Part shown: piece after piece, positions 1-8,591 of the stretch
How positions within the stretch are numbered: position 1 is the first letter of the stretch
How the letters are laid out: each line of letters opens with the position of its first letter
Assembly (NCBI GenBank): GCA_044440125.1
Contig: JBITAJ010000029.1
Span: 32,001 to 96,000, forward strand
Origin: Sedimentisphaeraceae bacterium JB056
GTDB lineage: Bacteria; Planctomycetota; Phycisphaerae; Sedimentisphaerales; Sedimentisphaeraceae
Length of the DNA stretch: 64,000 nucleotides
Reading direction: 5' to 3'
Notes under the pieces: model-generated
Told to the model about the DNA's origin: nothing
Database searches by the model: none
Seen by the model: only the letters and a program-made list of their open reading frames with translations
Program-made: the position numbers and the translations under genes

Positions 1-2
1 CG

Positions 3-485
3 ATTAACGGATTGTCTTATTATTTGCTTTATGATGGAGCTACGTGGGGAGCAACAACTCCATTCATGATGAAAATGGCTGTCTTGGCATCTGAGACTCA
101 GGATGTTTCTTTGTTTGAGAAAATGTGCGAGTTGGATTTAGTATATATATACGAAGATGACTTTCAGCAGCTTGGAGCTGAGCCGCAGAAAGATATATTG
201 ATGGCTTTTCTCAAATTGTCATCTTACAGTCAGAGTATGAAATCAGATAGTTGGTATCGGAATTTGATATTGTCAACGAGTAGTGAATTTTATTTGACTG
301 AGTATGCAAACATCGACAAGATGCTAAAACTTGCGAAAGCCGGTAACTTTGATGATGCATATAATATGTATGTTTCAATCACAACATCTAAAAACGATTC
401 AGAGACAGTGTTTATGACAAACTATAATTATCCAAATCTTAAACGATTGTTCAAAGAAAGCAAGTTAGATAGAATCTTGAAATAG
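3..485 (+). CDS. hypothetical protein, probably 5'-truncated by the window edge
   Basis: Frame is open from base 3 (ATT AAC GGA TTG...) to the TAG ending at 485; no recognisable motif. Confidence 0.6.
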   Translation: MNGLSYYLLYDGATWGATTPFMMKMAVLASETQDVSLFEKMCELDLVYIYEDDFQQLGAEPQKDILMAFLKLSSYSQSMKSDSWYRNLILSTSSEFYLTEYANIDKMLKLAKAGNFDDAYNMYVSITTSKNDSETVFMTNYNYPNLKRLFKESKLDRILK

Positions 486-496
486 TTGCTGACTGC

Positions 497-1489
497 CTAT
501 CCAAGCTTACCGTGTTTTTTGTGCATTTCGAGGTATAGTCTATAGTCTTCTACCGTTACAGCCGGCGGCGTCTGATGGTCTACTGATGGGATGAACCCGC
601 CGCTTTTCATTGCCGGCAGCAGACGCTGGAATTCCGCTTCGAGTGCTTGCTGTCCTTTATGCATTATTGTCTTGTCGAATGCTCCGAGCATCAGGAAGTC
701 GGGATGTTTTTTTCTGATATTGTTGACATCTACGCCCGCCATCCTTTCAAGCGGCAGAAGCCCCTCAACGCCAACTTCCTTTAGCCACGGAATCAGCGGT
801 TCGATATCGCCGTCAGAATCCACAAACACCTTGATCCCCTTATCCTTCAATGCCGGTACTATTCGCTTATAATAAGGAGCGAAAAATTCATCGAATTGCG
901 TTTTCGAGAGCATCGGCCCGTGATTATACGACATATCCTCGGCTATCGTTGCGAATACCGGCGTGGAAATTTCTGTGAATTTATCGATTTGCCTGAGCCA
1001 GTGTTCCGTGAGGTCGTGATTCATTTTGTGCATCAGCTCAGGGTAGTCATAGAATGCATACATATGATTTTCTATGCCGAAAAGTGTCCTCGGAAACCAG
1101 AAGAAGCCTTCAAGTGTTATCCATAATACGGTATCGCCGGAGTTGATTCTTTCAAGCCAGTTTGAAAGATCAGTTTTTTCGAAGGCATAGTCGCCGAAGA
1201 GCTTACCTTTTTCAACAAGCTTGTTATAATCTTCAGGTGAGTTTATTATCGGGGCGCCGTGATATTCGGGCTTGGGGCAATCATCGCTTCTTACCTTGAA
1301 CCAGAACTGTTTTAAACTGTCGAGACCGAAATAGTCACTTATCTTATTAATAGTATCCAATTCTCTTGGCAGACCCTGCTCATACCAACGGTCGATAGTC
1401 TCATTCCACCAGCTTGCCCATTCAACCATAGGCAACCTGTCAATCGTTTCAAAATTCAATACTTTTCTGAATCTTTCGACATTATTCAT
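497..1489 (-). CDS. uroporphyrinogen decarboxylase (UroD/MtaA-CmuA) family protein
   Basis: N-terminal ERF..V...DRLP, EDMSYNHGPMLS, FVDSDG, GGFIPSVDH motifs. Confidence 0.85.
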   Translation of the reverse strand: MNNVERFRKVLNFETIDRLPMVEWASWWNETIDRWYEQGLPRELDTINKISDYFGLDSLKQFWFKVRSDDCPKPEYHGAPIINSPEDYNKLVEKGKLFGDYAFEKTDLSNWLERINSGDTVLWITLEGFFWFPRTLFGIENHMYAFYDYPELMHKMNHDLTEHWLRQIDKFTEISTPVFATIAEDMSYNHGPMLSKTQFDEFFAPYYKRIVPALKDKGIKVFVDSDGDIEPLIPWLKEVGVEGLLPLERMAGVDVNNIRKKHPDFLMLGAFDKTIMHKGQQALEAEFQRLLPAMKSGGFIPSVDHQTPPAVTVEDYRLYLEMHKKHGKLG

Positions 1490-1520
1490 GTTTTCCCCTT
1501 TAAACTGTAATATATGCCCA

Positions 1521-1604
1521 TTATAGTATATTGAAATAGGTTAATCTTTGCGCATATTGATTAAGTTGTTTGTGGTGATTGATAATGTATTATTAAAAGG
1601 TAGT
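1521..1604. repeat. copy 1 of a ~60-bp promoter/operator segment with tandem TTTG-N5-ATTG boxes
   Basis: Boxes at 1547-1559 and 1569-1581; minus-strand TATAAT at 1520-1525 faces the UroD gene; related copies at ~3603-3686 and ~6154-6215. Confidence 0.75.
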
Positions 1605-1633
1605 TTCTACACTTTCCATAATACCAGCATATT

Positions 1634-1886
1634 GTAACCGTTCACAAAGGCTAATGTTTTATGCCTCGAAGAGGCTATATACCATAGCCGTGGGCATCGC
1701 CCTCGGTTGATTGGTTATTTGCGAAAGTTCCCCCATCGGAATTTCCAGCCGGTAAGCTGGAAATTCCGATGGGAGCGGTGCGTGTTATTATCCATTCCCA
1801 CGGCGTTGCCGCGGGCTATAATGTAAAGCCCTTCGGGCAAATAATACATGAAAATGTAAATTTTGCAATATACCGTGAACGGTTAC
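1634..1886. mobile_element. MITE (non-autonomous IS derivative)
   Basis: Perfect TIR GTAACCGTTCAC (1634-1645 / 1875-1886); flanking direct repeat AGCATATT (1626-1633, 1887-1894); no ORF in the supplied track; internal 18-bp perfect hairpin at 1732-1773. Confidence 0.85.
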
Positions 1887-1925
1887 AGCATATTTTTATG
1901 AATAAAAGCGGTATAGCAGAAAAAG

Positions 1926-1967
1926 TTGCTTAATTTGTAAGAAAAATATAGTATTTTTCCTTACAAA
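1926..1967 (+). promoter_or_regulatory. sigma70-like promoter overlapped by an inverted repeat (putative AbiEi operator)
   Basis: TTGCTT-17bp-TAGTAT (1926-1954); IR TTTGTAAGAAAAATA / TATTTTTCCTTACAAA (1934-1967). Confidence 0.65.
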
Positions 1968-1984
1968 ATTATAGAATAGTAAGA

Positions 1985-2587
1985 ATGCAAAGTATTGAAA
2001 AAAAGGTAGTTAGTAGGATATATGGCTTTGGCAGGGGGTGGGCGTTTTCTCAGAATGATTTTTCTGAATATGGGAGCCGTTCATCAATAGATATCGCTTT
2101 GCATCGCCTAAATGAAAAAGGGACTATAAGGCGTGTTATTAGAGGTATTTATGATTATCCACGTTTTAGTAAATTATTGAATAAAGACTTGGGTCCTGAT
2201 ATCCATCAGGTTGCAGTTGCTTTATCACGGAAATTTGGCTGGAGGATACAGGCTAACGGACATACGGCATTAAATGTGTTGGGTTTATCGACTCAAGTGC
2301 CAGGCGTATATGTTTATTTATCAGATGGCCCTAATAGGTCTTATGAAATCAGCAGTACTACATTAACTTTCAAAAAAACTGTTTTGAAAGAATCCGGATT
2401 CAAATTGCGAGAAAGCTCTCTGATAGTACAGTCCTTGAAGCAAATCGGACAGGATAGAATTACACCTGAAATAATCGCTCATTTAAAAGAATGGATAGAC
2501 CCAAACTTGAAGGCGAAAGTATTAAAGGATACGCATACAGTTACAGCATGGATTTATGAAATAATAAAGCAAATCTGTCTGGAGTAA
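1985..2587 (+). CDS. type IV TA antitoxin, AbiEi-like (DUF6088)
   Basis: N-terminal wHTH (IDIALHRL..KGTIRRVIRGIY), ALNVLGLSTQVP motif; directly upstream of an AbiEii-like gene. Confidence 0.85.
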   Translation: MQSIEKKVVSRIYGFGRGWAFSQNDFSEYGSRSSIDIALHRLNEKGTIRRVIRGIYDYPRFSKLLNKDLGPDIHQVAVALSRKFGWRIQANGHTALNVLGLSTQVPGVYVYLSDGPNRSYEISSTTLTFKKTVLKESGFKLRESSLIVQSLKQIGQDRITPEIIAHLKEWIDPNLKAKVLKDTHTVTAWIYEIIKQICLE

Positions 2588-2591
2588 GCAA

Positions 2592-3569
2592 ATGGATAAT
2601 GTTGCAAATTTGTCTGCAGAGGATAGAGCAGATGTTTTTAAAGAAACTTCTCTTAAGAAAGGTATTGTTCCGGCTGTAGTAGAGAAAGATTTTTGGGTAT
2701 GTTGGGTTTTAGGTAAACTCTTTGAATCAGAAAGTTTATCTAAAAAGCTATTATTTAAGGGCGGAACATCTTTGTCTAAGGTATTTGGTTTGATAGAGCG
2801 TTTTTCTGAAGATATAGATCTCATTCTTAATTGGGACGAGATTATTCAGCAAGATCCTTATGACGTCCGTTCTAAAACTCAGCAAGACAAGTTCAATAAG
2901 GCTGTTGTTGAAAAAGGATGTTATTACATACAGCAAAATATCTTACCGGAAATCAATAAGCTCATCGGGAATAAGTGTGAGTTGAAAATTGAAGAAAGAA
3001 CTCCTGATACAATAAATATTCGCTATCCGGTCGCTTTTTCTGAAGATTATCTACGTCCTGAAATTCGCTTAGAGATCGGACCTTTGGCTCTTTGGTGTCC
3101 AAACGATCAATTTGAAATACAATCTTATACGGCAGAGGAGTTTCCTTCTCTATTTGAGCAACCTTGTTGTAAGGTAAATGCTGTGATTGCAGAGAGGACT
3201 TTCTGGGAAAAAGCAACAATTCTTCATCACGAAGCCTATAGGGCGCAGGATAAACAGCAGCCCCAAAGATATTCAAGACATTATTATGATATGGCTCGTA
3301 TGGCTTCTTCCAGTATTAAAGACAAAGCTTTGAAGAGGCCGGACCTGCTTAAAAGCGTGGTTGAGTTTAAGAATAAGTTTTATCCTCAAGGTTGGGCGAG
3401 GTATGATTTAGCCGTACCGGGTTCGCTAAAACTGATTCCACCTGATTATCTTGTTGAACTATTAAAAAAGGATTATAAAGATATGCAGGTTATGATATAT
3501 GGTAAAAAACCTTCCTTCGATGACATAATAAAGGAGTTGTTGATATTGCAAAACGAAATTAATCAGTAA
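2592..3569 (+). CDS. AbiEii/AbiGii-family nucleotidyltransferase toxin
   Basis: VEKDFWV, FKGGTSLSK, RFSEDIDL, ERTFWEK, SRHYYD motifs. Confidence 0.9.
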   Translation: MDNVANLSAEDRADVFKETSLKKGIVPAVVEKDFWVCWVLGKLFESESLSKKLLFKGGTSLSKVFGLIERFSEDIDLILNWDEIIQQDPYDVRSKTQQDKFNKAVVEKGCYYIQQNILPEINKLIGNKCELKIEERTPDTINIRYPVAFSEDYLRPEIRLEIGPLALWCPNDQFEIQSYTAEEFPSLFEQPCCKVNAVIAERTFWEKATILHHEAYRAQDKQQPQRYSRHYYDMARMASSSIKDKALKRPDLLKSVVEFKNKFYPQGWARYDLAVPGSLKLIPPDYLVELLKKDYKDMQVMIYGKKPSFDDIIKELLILQNEINQ

Positions 3570-3602
3570 GGGCTATAAAAATGGGAGCTTGACATGTTCA
3601 CC

Positions 3603-3686
3603 TTATAATATGTGATATGTTTTTAACTATTTGTGCATATTGGTAGCCTGTTTGTGATGATTGATAATATATAATTAAAGGGGAGT
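3603..3686. repeat. copy 2 of the ~60-bp promoter/operator segment
   Basis: TTATAATATGTGA at 3603; boxes TTTGTGCATATTG 3630-3642 and TTTGTGATGATTG 3651-3663. Confidence 0.75.
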
Positions 3687-3795
3687 CAATTTTCGCTAAA
3701 TCAGAGAGGGATTTATAGCTTGTATAACTCTACATTGGATAATACAATAGCATACATATTATGATTATGGGAATATGACAGATGAGGTTTGGTAA

Positions 3796-6075
3796 ATGAT
3801 GACATATGACTTAACTAGATTGAATGATAAAGAATTTGAGATGCTTTCGGTAGATTTACTGTCGAAAGTGGAAGGGAAACGTATAGAGCGTTTTAAATCT
3901 GGCAAAGATGCAGGTGTTGATGGCAGATTCTATCAATCAGATGATTCAGAAGTTATTATCCAATGTAAGCATTGGGCAAAATCCGGCATTAAACCGCTAC
4001 TAAAACACTTGAAAGATAAGGAGTCGATTAAGGTTAAGAAGCTTAATCCTGATAGATATATATTTACAACTTCAGTTGAATTATCCCGTCATAATAAAAA
4101 AAAGATAAAAGACATTTTTGAGCCGTTTATTAAAGATGAATCAGATATTTATGGCAATGAAGATATCAATGATTTTATTTCAAAGCATGAAGATATTGAA
4201 AAGAGACATTATAAACTTTGGTTGTTTAGTAGCAATGTTTTGAGAAGATTACTGAATTCTGGTATTATAGGGAGAAGTGACAGTAAAATCCAAGATATAC
4301 TTGAATTTTCTCGAAAATATGTTGTTACAAATAACCATGAAAGAGCTATCAAAAAACTTAACGCTTTTCGTTCAATAATTATTACCGGTGAACCAGGTAT
4401 TGGTAAGACTGTTCTTGCCAATCAGCTTTGCTTGCATTACCTAAAAGAGGATTACGAATTGTGTTATATCGAGGATTGCCTTTCAGAAGCCGAAAATGTG
4501 TATAGTAAAGACAAAAAACAACTCTTTTATTTTGATGATTTTTTAGGAAGGAATTACCTTTTAGCATTGAATCGACATGAAGATTCTCGAGTGCTTAATT
4601 TCATTAAAAGAGTAGGTCGAGATAAGGATAAACTTTTCATATTAACATCAAGAAGCACAGTGCTTAATCAGGGGAAAAGACTTAGTGAATTATATGAAAT
4701 CGAAAATATAGACAAAAATGAATATGAAATAAAAATACAATCATTATCAGGGTTAGATAAAGCGAAAATTCTATACAATCATATTTGGTTTAGTGAATTA
4801 AAGATTTCTTATATTGATGAATTATATAAGGATAACAGGTATCTTAATATCATAAGACATCCAAACTATAACCCTAGGTTAATTTCATTTATTACGGATT
4901 ATTGCAAAATATCAGATATTGCCCCAAATAATTACTGGAAATATATTAAGAAGACCTTGAAGAATCCAGAAGATATTTGGGGACATGTATATGAACATCA
5001 GATTGATGAAGCTTGTAGAATAATTGTAAGTTTAATTGTCTTTAATAGCAGAAGCATTTCAGAAAAAGAACTTCAAGATTCTTTCAGGAATATTTGTCGT
5101 TGTAAACTCTGGGGTGTAAAACATGTTGATCCAATGGATTTCAAAGCAGCCTTAAAATTAGCAACGGGAGCAATAATTAATCGAACTATTGATGGAACAA
5201 CACAGGAAGTATGGTATGATTTATTTAATCCAGCAGTTGGAGATTACGTACTGAATATGTTTTCCAAAGAACCTGATAGATTGGATGGTATATTTCTTTC
5301 TCTGAATACATTAAATTCATTATATAACATAGAGAGTCTTCTTAATAGTGAAATCTATGATAGTGCGAAAATAAATGAAATAATCAAAATTGTTACATTA
5401 CGATGCCTTAATAGTACAGAGTTTAATAAGGGAATGTCGTATAAAATCAGGTTATTGCAGATAGTTGTTAAAAAAAATGAAGTTGATATTGCCTTGAAAG
5501 AACAGATAGCTATGTTTTTGAAAAGCCTTGATTTTTCCTTAATATCTTCTACATGGATAAGTGCAATTATTGAAATATATTTCTGGTGCTTAGATAAAAA
5601 AATAATAGAGGAAAATGATGTAAATTTCCTACCATTCTTAGATAATAATTTGGATTACGATTTAGAGCACGATGACTTTGTCTGGATCAGTAAATTACTT
5701 GAAAGAGGCTCTATTGCTAATTCGCAAAGATATTTATTGGTTTTACAAGACTTAATTGTTTGTTATTGGAAAGATACTATTGAAAATCATATTAATGAGG
5801 AAGCAGTACTTGAGGATTTTTTATTTGAAGAAGATTATGATGATGCTGAAATAAAATTACGTACTTACATAGCTAATAACTTCGAAAAATATTCAATAGA
5901 ATTTGAAGAAGATATTATTGATGAGATACTTGGTGAGTGCGACTTAGATGATATTATTATGGCTAATCAAGATAAAGAAATGAGATTGGAGAAGTATTGC
6001 GAGGAAGACTATTATGAATCTTCTTCGGGAGAAACAGAAAATGATATAATACACGATCTTTTTCAAAGGGATTAG
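3796..6075 (+). CDS. restriction-endonuclease (Mrr-like) domain fused to a STAND P-loop ATPase (nSTAND3-like); putative defence protein
   Basis: EFEML..DL, GKDAGVDG..IIQCKHW nuclease motifs; Walker A GEPGIGKT, Walker B FYFDDFLG, ILTSR, NYNPRLI; acidic C-terminus. Confidence 0.8.
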   Translation: MMTYDLTRLNDKEFEMLSVDLLSKVEGKRIERFKSGKDAGVDGRFYQSDDSEVIIQCKHWAKSGIKPLLKHLKDKESIKVKKLNPDRYIFTTSVELSRHNKKKIKDIFEPFIKDESDIYGNEDINDFISKHEDIEKRHYKLWLFSSNVLRRLLNSGIIGRSDSKIQDILEFSRKYVVTNNHERAIKKLNAFRSIIITGEPGIGKTVLANQLCLHYLKEDYELCYIEDCLSEAENVYSKDKKQLFYFDDFLGRNYLLALNRHEDSRVLNFIKRVGRDKDKLFILTSRSTVLNQGKRLSELYEIENIDKNEYEIKIQSLSGLDKAKILYNHIWFSELKISYIDELYKDNRYLNIIRHPNYNPRLISFITDYCKISDIAPNNYWKYIKKTLKNPEDIWGHVYEHQIDEACRIIVSLIVFNSRSISEKELQDSFRNICRCKLWGVKHVDPMDFKAALKLATGAIINRTIDGTTQEVWYDLFNPAVGDYVLNMFSKEPDRLDGIFLSLNTLNSLYNIESLLNSEIYDSAKINEIIKIVTLRCLNSTEFNKGMSYKIRLLQIVVKKNEVDIALKEQIAMFLKSLDFSLISSTWISAIIEIYFWCLDKKIIEENDVNFLPFLDNNLDYDLEHDDFVWISKLLERGSIANSQRYLLVLQDLIVCYWKDTIENHINEEAVLEDFLFEEDYDDAEIKLRTYIANNFEKYSIEFEEDIIDEILGECDLDDIIMANQDKEMRLEKYCEEDYYESSSGETENDIIHDLFQRD

Positions 6076-6153
6076 TTTCTATTTTTGTGAGGAATTAAAG
6101 AATTCAGGTCTCTTAAAATAAGATTTGTTGTTTAACTTGATAATATTGAAGGT

Positions 6154-6215
6154 TTTATAATATGTGAACGTTGATAAGACTTTGCCTATATTGATTATTT
6201 TGTTTGTAGTAATTG
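6154..6215. repeat. copy 3 of the ~60-bp promoter/operator segment, abutting the AraC gene start
   Basis: TTATAATATGTGA at 6154; boxes TTTGCCTATATTG 6181-6193 and TTTGTAGTAATTG 6203-6215. Confidence 0.7.
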
Positions 6216-6218
6216 TTT

Positions 6219-7118
6219 ATGAGTCAGATAAAGCTTTATGATCGTGAGCCTATAGCGTTGATGCTTGATGAGTTTGGTTTTGCTGTTGAGAAATTCCCTG
6301 ATTGGGAGAGTTCCTGCATAGGATCACATGGTCATGATATCCTTGAGATGAACTATATTCTCAGGGGCAGAGCCGTTCAGACTGTAGCGGGTGTGGAGGT
6401 TGCCGTTGAGGCGGGTTCTTTGAGTGTTGTCAATTACGGCATGGAGCATGAGTTTTCTACCGAGCCGCAATCTACTATCGATATCATAAACATCTATATT
6501 GATATTCAGAAAGTGCGTCTGCCTCAGTTCGACCGGCAACTGAGGGAGCTTTTACGCGGCATAATCCCGCTTCATAAGATTTCCGCCAATAATCTCAATA
6601 AGGTTGTTTCGCTCAGGGTCAGTGATTCTGAAAAGTTTCAATGGCTTCTTGAGCAGATGATTGAAGAGAGTAAAGAGCGTAAAACCGGCTATAAGGTTGC
6701 ATTAGAGCAGTATTTTACTCAGTTTTTGATAATGCTTTGCAGGTTTTCGCAGGAAAACGGGCTAAGCAGGACAGCCGAGGCAGCATCCAGAGATATGGCA
6801 ATGATAGATAAACTGCTTGATTATATAGAAAACAACTGCCATAAACACCTCACTCTTGAGCGGCTTGCCGAATATTGCGGCATTGATAAACATTCTTTAT
6901 GCCGTAAATTCAGACGTGTTACAGGCAAAACTGTGTTTGAATATATAAAATCACGACGGCTTGAAGCGGCGATGTATGAGCTTAGAAGCACAGACAAGAA
7001 GATAATCGATATAGCACTTGATTGCGGATTTGCCAATATATCTAACTTCAACCGGTGCTTCAAAGAAGCAATAAAAGCCACCCCAACCGGGTATAGGTCC
7101 GAGTGGCTTGATAATTAA
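6219..7118 (+). CDS. AraC-family transcriptional regulator
   Basis: Cupin HGHDILEMNY; C-terminal double HTH (LERLAEYCG..., IIDIALDCGFANISNFNRCFK). Confidence 0.93.
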   Translation: MSQIKLYDREPIALMLDEFGFAVEKFPDWESSCIGSHGHDILEMNYILRGRAVQTVAGVEVAVEAGSLSVVNYGMEHEFSTEPQSTIDIINIYIDIQKVRLPQFDRQLRELLRGIIPLHKISANNLNKVVSLRVSDSEKFQWLLEQMIEESKERKTGYKVALEQYFTQFLIMLCRFSQENGLSRTAEAASRDMAMIDKLLDYIENNCHKHLTLERLAEYCGIDKHSLCRKFRRVTGKTVFEYIKSRRLEAAMYELRSTDKKIIDIALDCGFANISNFNRCFKEAIKATPTGYRSEWLDN

Positions 7119-7148
7119 AAATTTACTTATCGAAATCTGACAGACTTG

Positions 7149-7373
7149 TTACCATTTAAATGGCTGTGGATTGTCGACATATTTTGCCTGGAAAACATCT
7201 TCCGGCGTTGTCAGGTATATAATGCCTTCGATTAGTCCGAGAATTGAGGGTATCCATGTCCAGCACAATGCGAGATAGATAATTCCCCATCCCCACTTAC
7301 CAAGGTAAAACTTGTGAACGCCAATCCCGCCAAGTAATATCCCGAACAAACCTGCCGCTAACTTATTTTTCAT
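7149..7373 (-). CDS. TM2-domain small membrane protein
   Basis: KNKLAAGLFGILLGGIGVHKFYLG signature. Confidence 0.88.
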   Translation of the reverse strand: MKNKLAAGLFGILLGGIGVHKFYLGKWGWGIIYLALCWTWIPSILGLIEGIIYLTTPEDVFQAKYVDNPQPFKW

Positions 7374-7547
7374 AATCTCCCTTTCAAAACATGTAAAATC
7401 ACAATAACTTTATTGACTATTTCTGTTCTTACTATACTCCGGAAACCATAATACCATAAAATGATGCGTTTTTTCAAGCTTTTTAATCAGTTTTTATGAG
7501 ATATAAGCCTTGTTTATTGTGTACTTTAAGTGTTTTTAAAAAAAGTC

Positions 7548-7576
7548 TTGAAAAAGGGGAATAAGTTTGATAAACT
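7548..7576 (+). promoter_or_regulatory. putative sigma70 promoter of the rex-hydrogenase operon
   Basis: TTGAAA-17bp-TAAACT. Confidence 0.45.
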
Positions 7577-7653
7577 ATACTGATAAAAAAATATCGATAT
7601 GTATATATCGTATATTCGTGTTTATAGAGTAATATTACAGGATGTGGATAAAA

Positions 7654-8307
7654 ATGGCAAAAGAAATTGGAAAATCGGTTCCCCAACCAACTATTCGTCG
7701 GTTGCCTTCGTATCTTCAGGTACTTCGCAACTGTCAGAAAAAGGGGCGTACTAACATAAGCAGCAGCTATATAGCCCAGCAGCTTCAGCTTGAGGCTATA
7801 CAGGTGAGAAAAGACCTCTCTGCTACCGGGATAACCGGTCAGGCGGGAGTGGGCTTTTCAGTTACAGCACTCATAAGTCATATTGAAGATTTTCTCGGCT
7901 GGGACAATACCCGTGATGCTTTTCTCATAGGATGCGGTAACTTAGGCTCGGCTTTGATAGGCTATGAAGGATTCAAGGCAAGGGGATTGAATATAATTGC
8001 CGGTTTCGATGTTGACAAGGATAAGGTCGGCAAGACTATATCTGGAAAGCTTATTTTTGAACTAGAAAAGCTTCCTGATCTTGTTAACAGAATGCACATC
8101 AAACTTGGTGTTTTGACAGTTCCGCCGGAAGTGTCGCAGGCTGTTGCCGAATATGCAGTTAAAGCAGGGATAAAAGCGATATGGAATTTCACATCTGTAA
8201 AGCTCGATCTTCCTGAGGACATAGTTGTTGAAAGAGTCGGGCTTGAATCAAGTCTGGCGGTTCTTTCAAGTAAGCTTAAGGAAAAACTCGATAACGAGAA
8301 AGAATAA
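7654..8307 (+). CDS. rex: redox-sensing transcriptional repressor Rex
   Basis: PTIRRLPSY, QVRKDLS wHTH; GCGNLGSAL Rossmann fold; GIKAIWNF. Confidence 0.95.
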   Translation: MAKEIGKSVPQPTIRRLPSYLQVLRNCQKKGRTNISSSYIAQQLQLEAIQVRKDLSATGITGQAGVGFSVTALISHIEDFLGWDNTRDAFLIGCGNLGSALIGYEGFKARGLNIIAGFDVDKDKVGKTISGKLIFELEKLPDLVNRMHIKLGVLTVPPEVSQAVAEYAVKAGIKAIWNFTSVKLDLPEDIVVERVGLESSLAVLSSKLKEKLDNEKE

Positions 8308-8570
8308 TGACAGATAAGACCAATGACATTATAGATGTAACAATATGTATGGGCAGCTCTTGTTTCTCACGAGGCAACAAGAAGACACTGAGCTTCATAC
8401 AGGAGTTTATTGTCACTAATGGTCTTGACGGCAAGATAAAGGTAACGGGAAGTTTATGTGAGGGTAAATGCAATTGCGGACCTCATATAACTGTCAATGG
8501 CAATAGGTACGACAATATCACGGCAGAGACAGCGATAGATATAATTCGAGGAGAGATGGAAAATAATTAA
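8307..8570 (+). CDS. thioredoxin-like [2Fe-2S] ferredoxin (HfsA-like)
   Basis: ICMGSSCFSRGN and LCEGKC..GP motifs; start overlaps the rex stop codon. Confidence 0.85.
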   Translation: MTDKTNDIIDVTICMGSSCFSRGNKKTLSFIQEFIVTNGLDGKIKVTGSLCEGKCNCGPHITVNGNRYDNITAETAIDIIRGEMENN

Positions 8571-8591
8571 GGATAAAGGCCAGGTGAGATA

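Noticed and set aside
7374..7653. Rex operator upstream of rex
   Set aside because: No convincing 7-4-7 palindrome; only the short AT-rich CGATAT-N4-ATATCG
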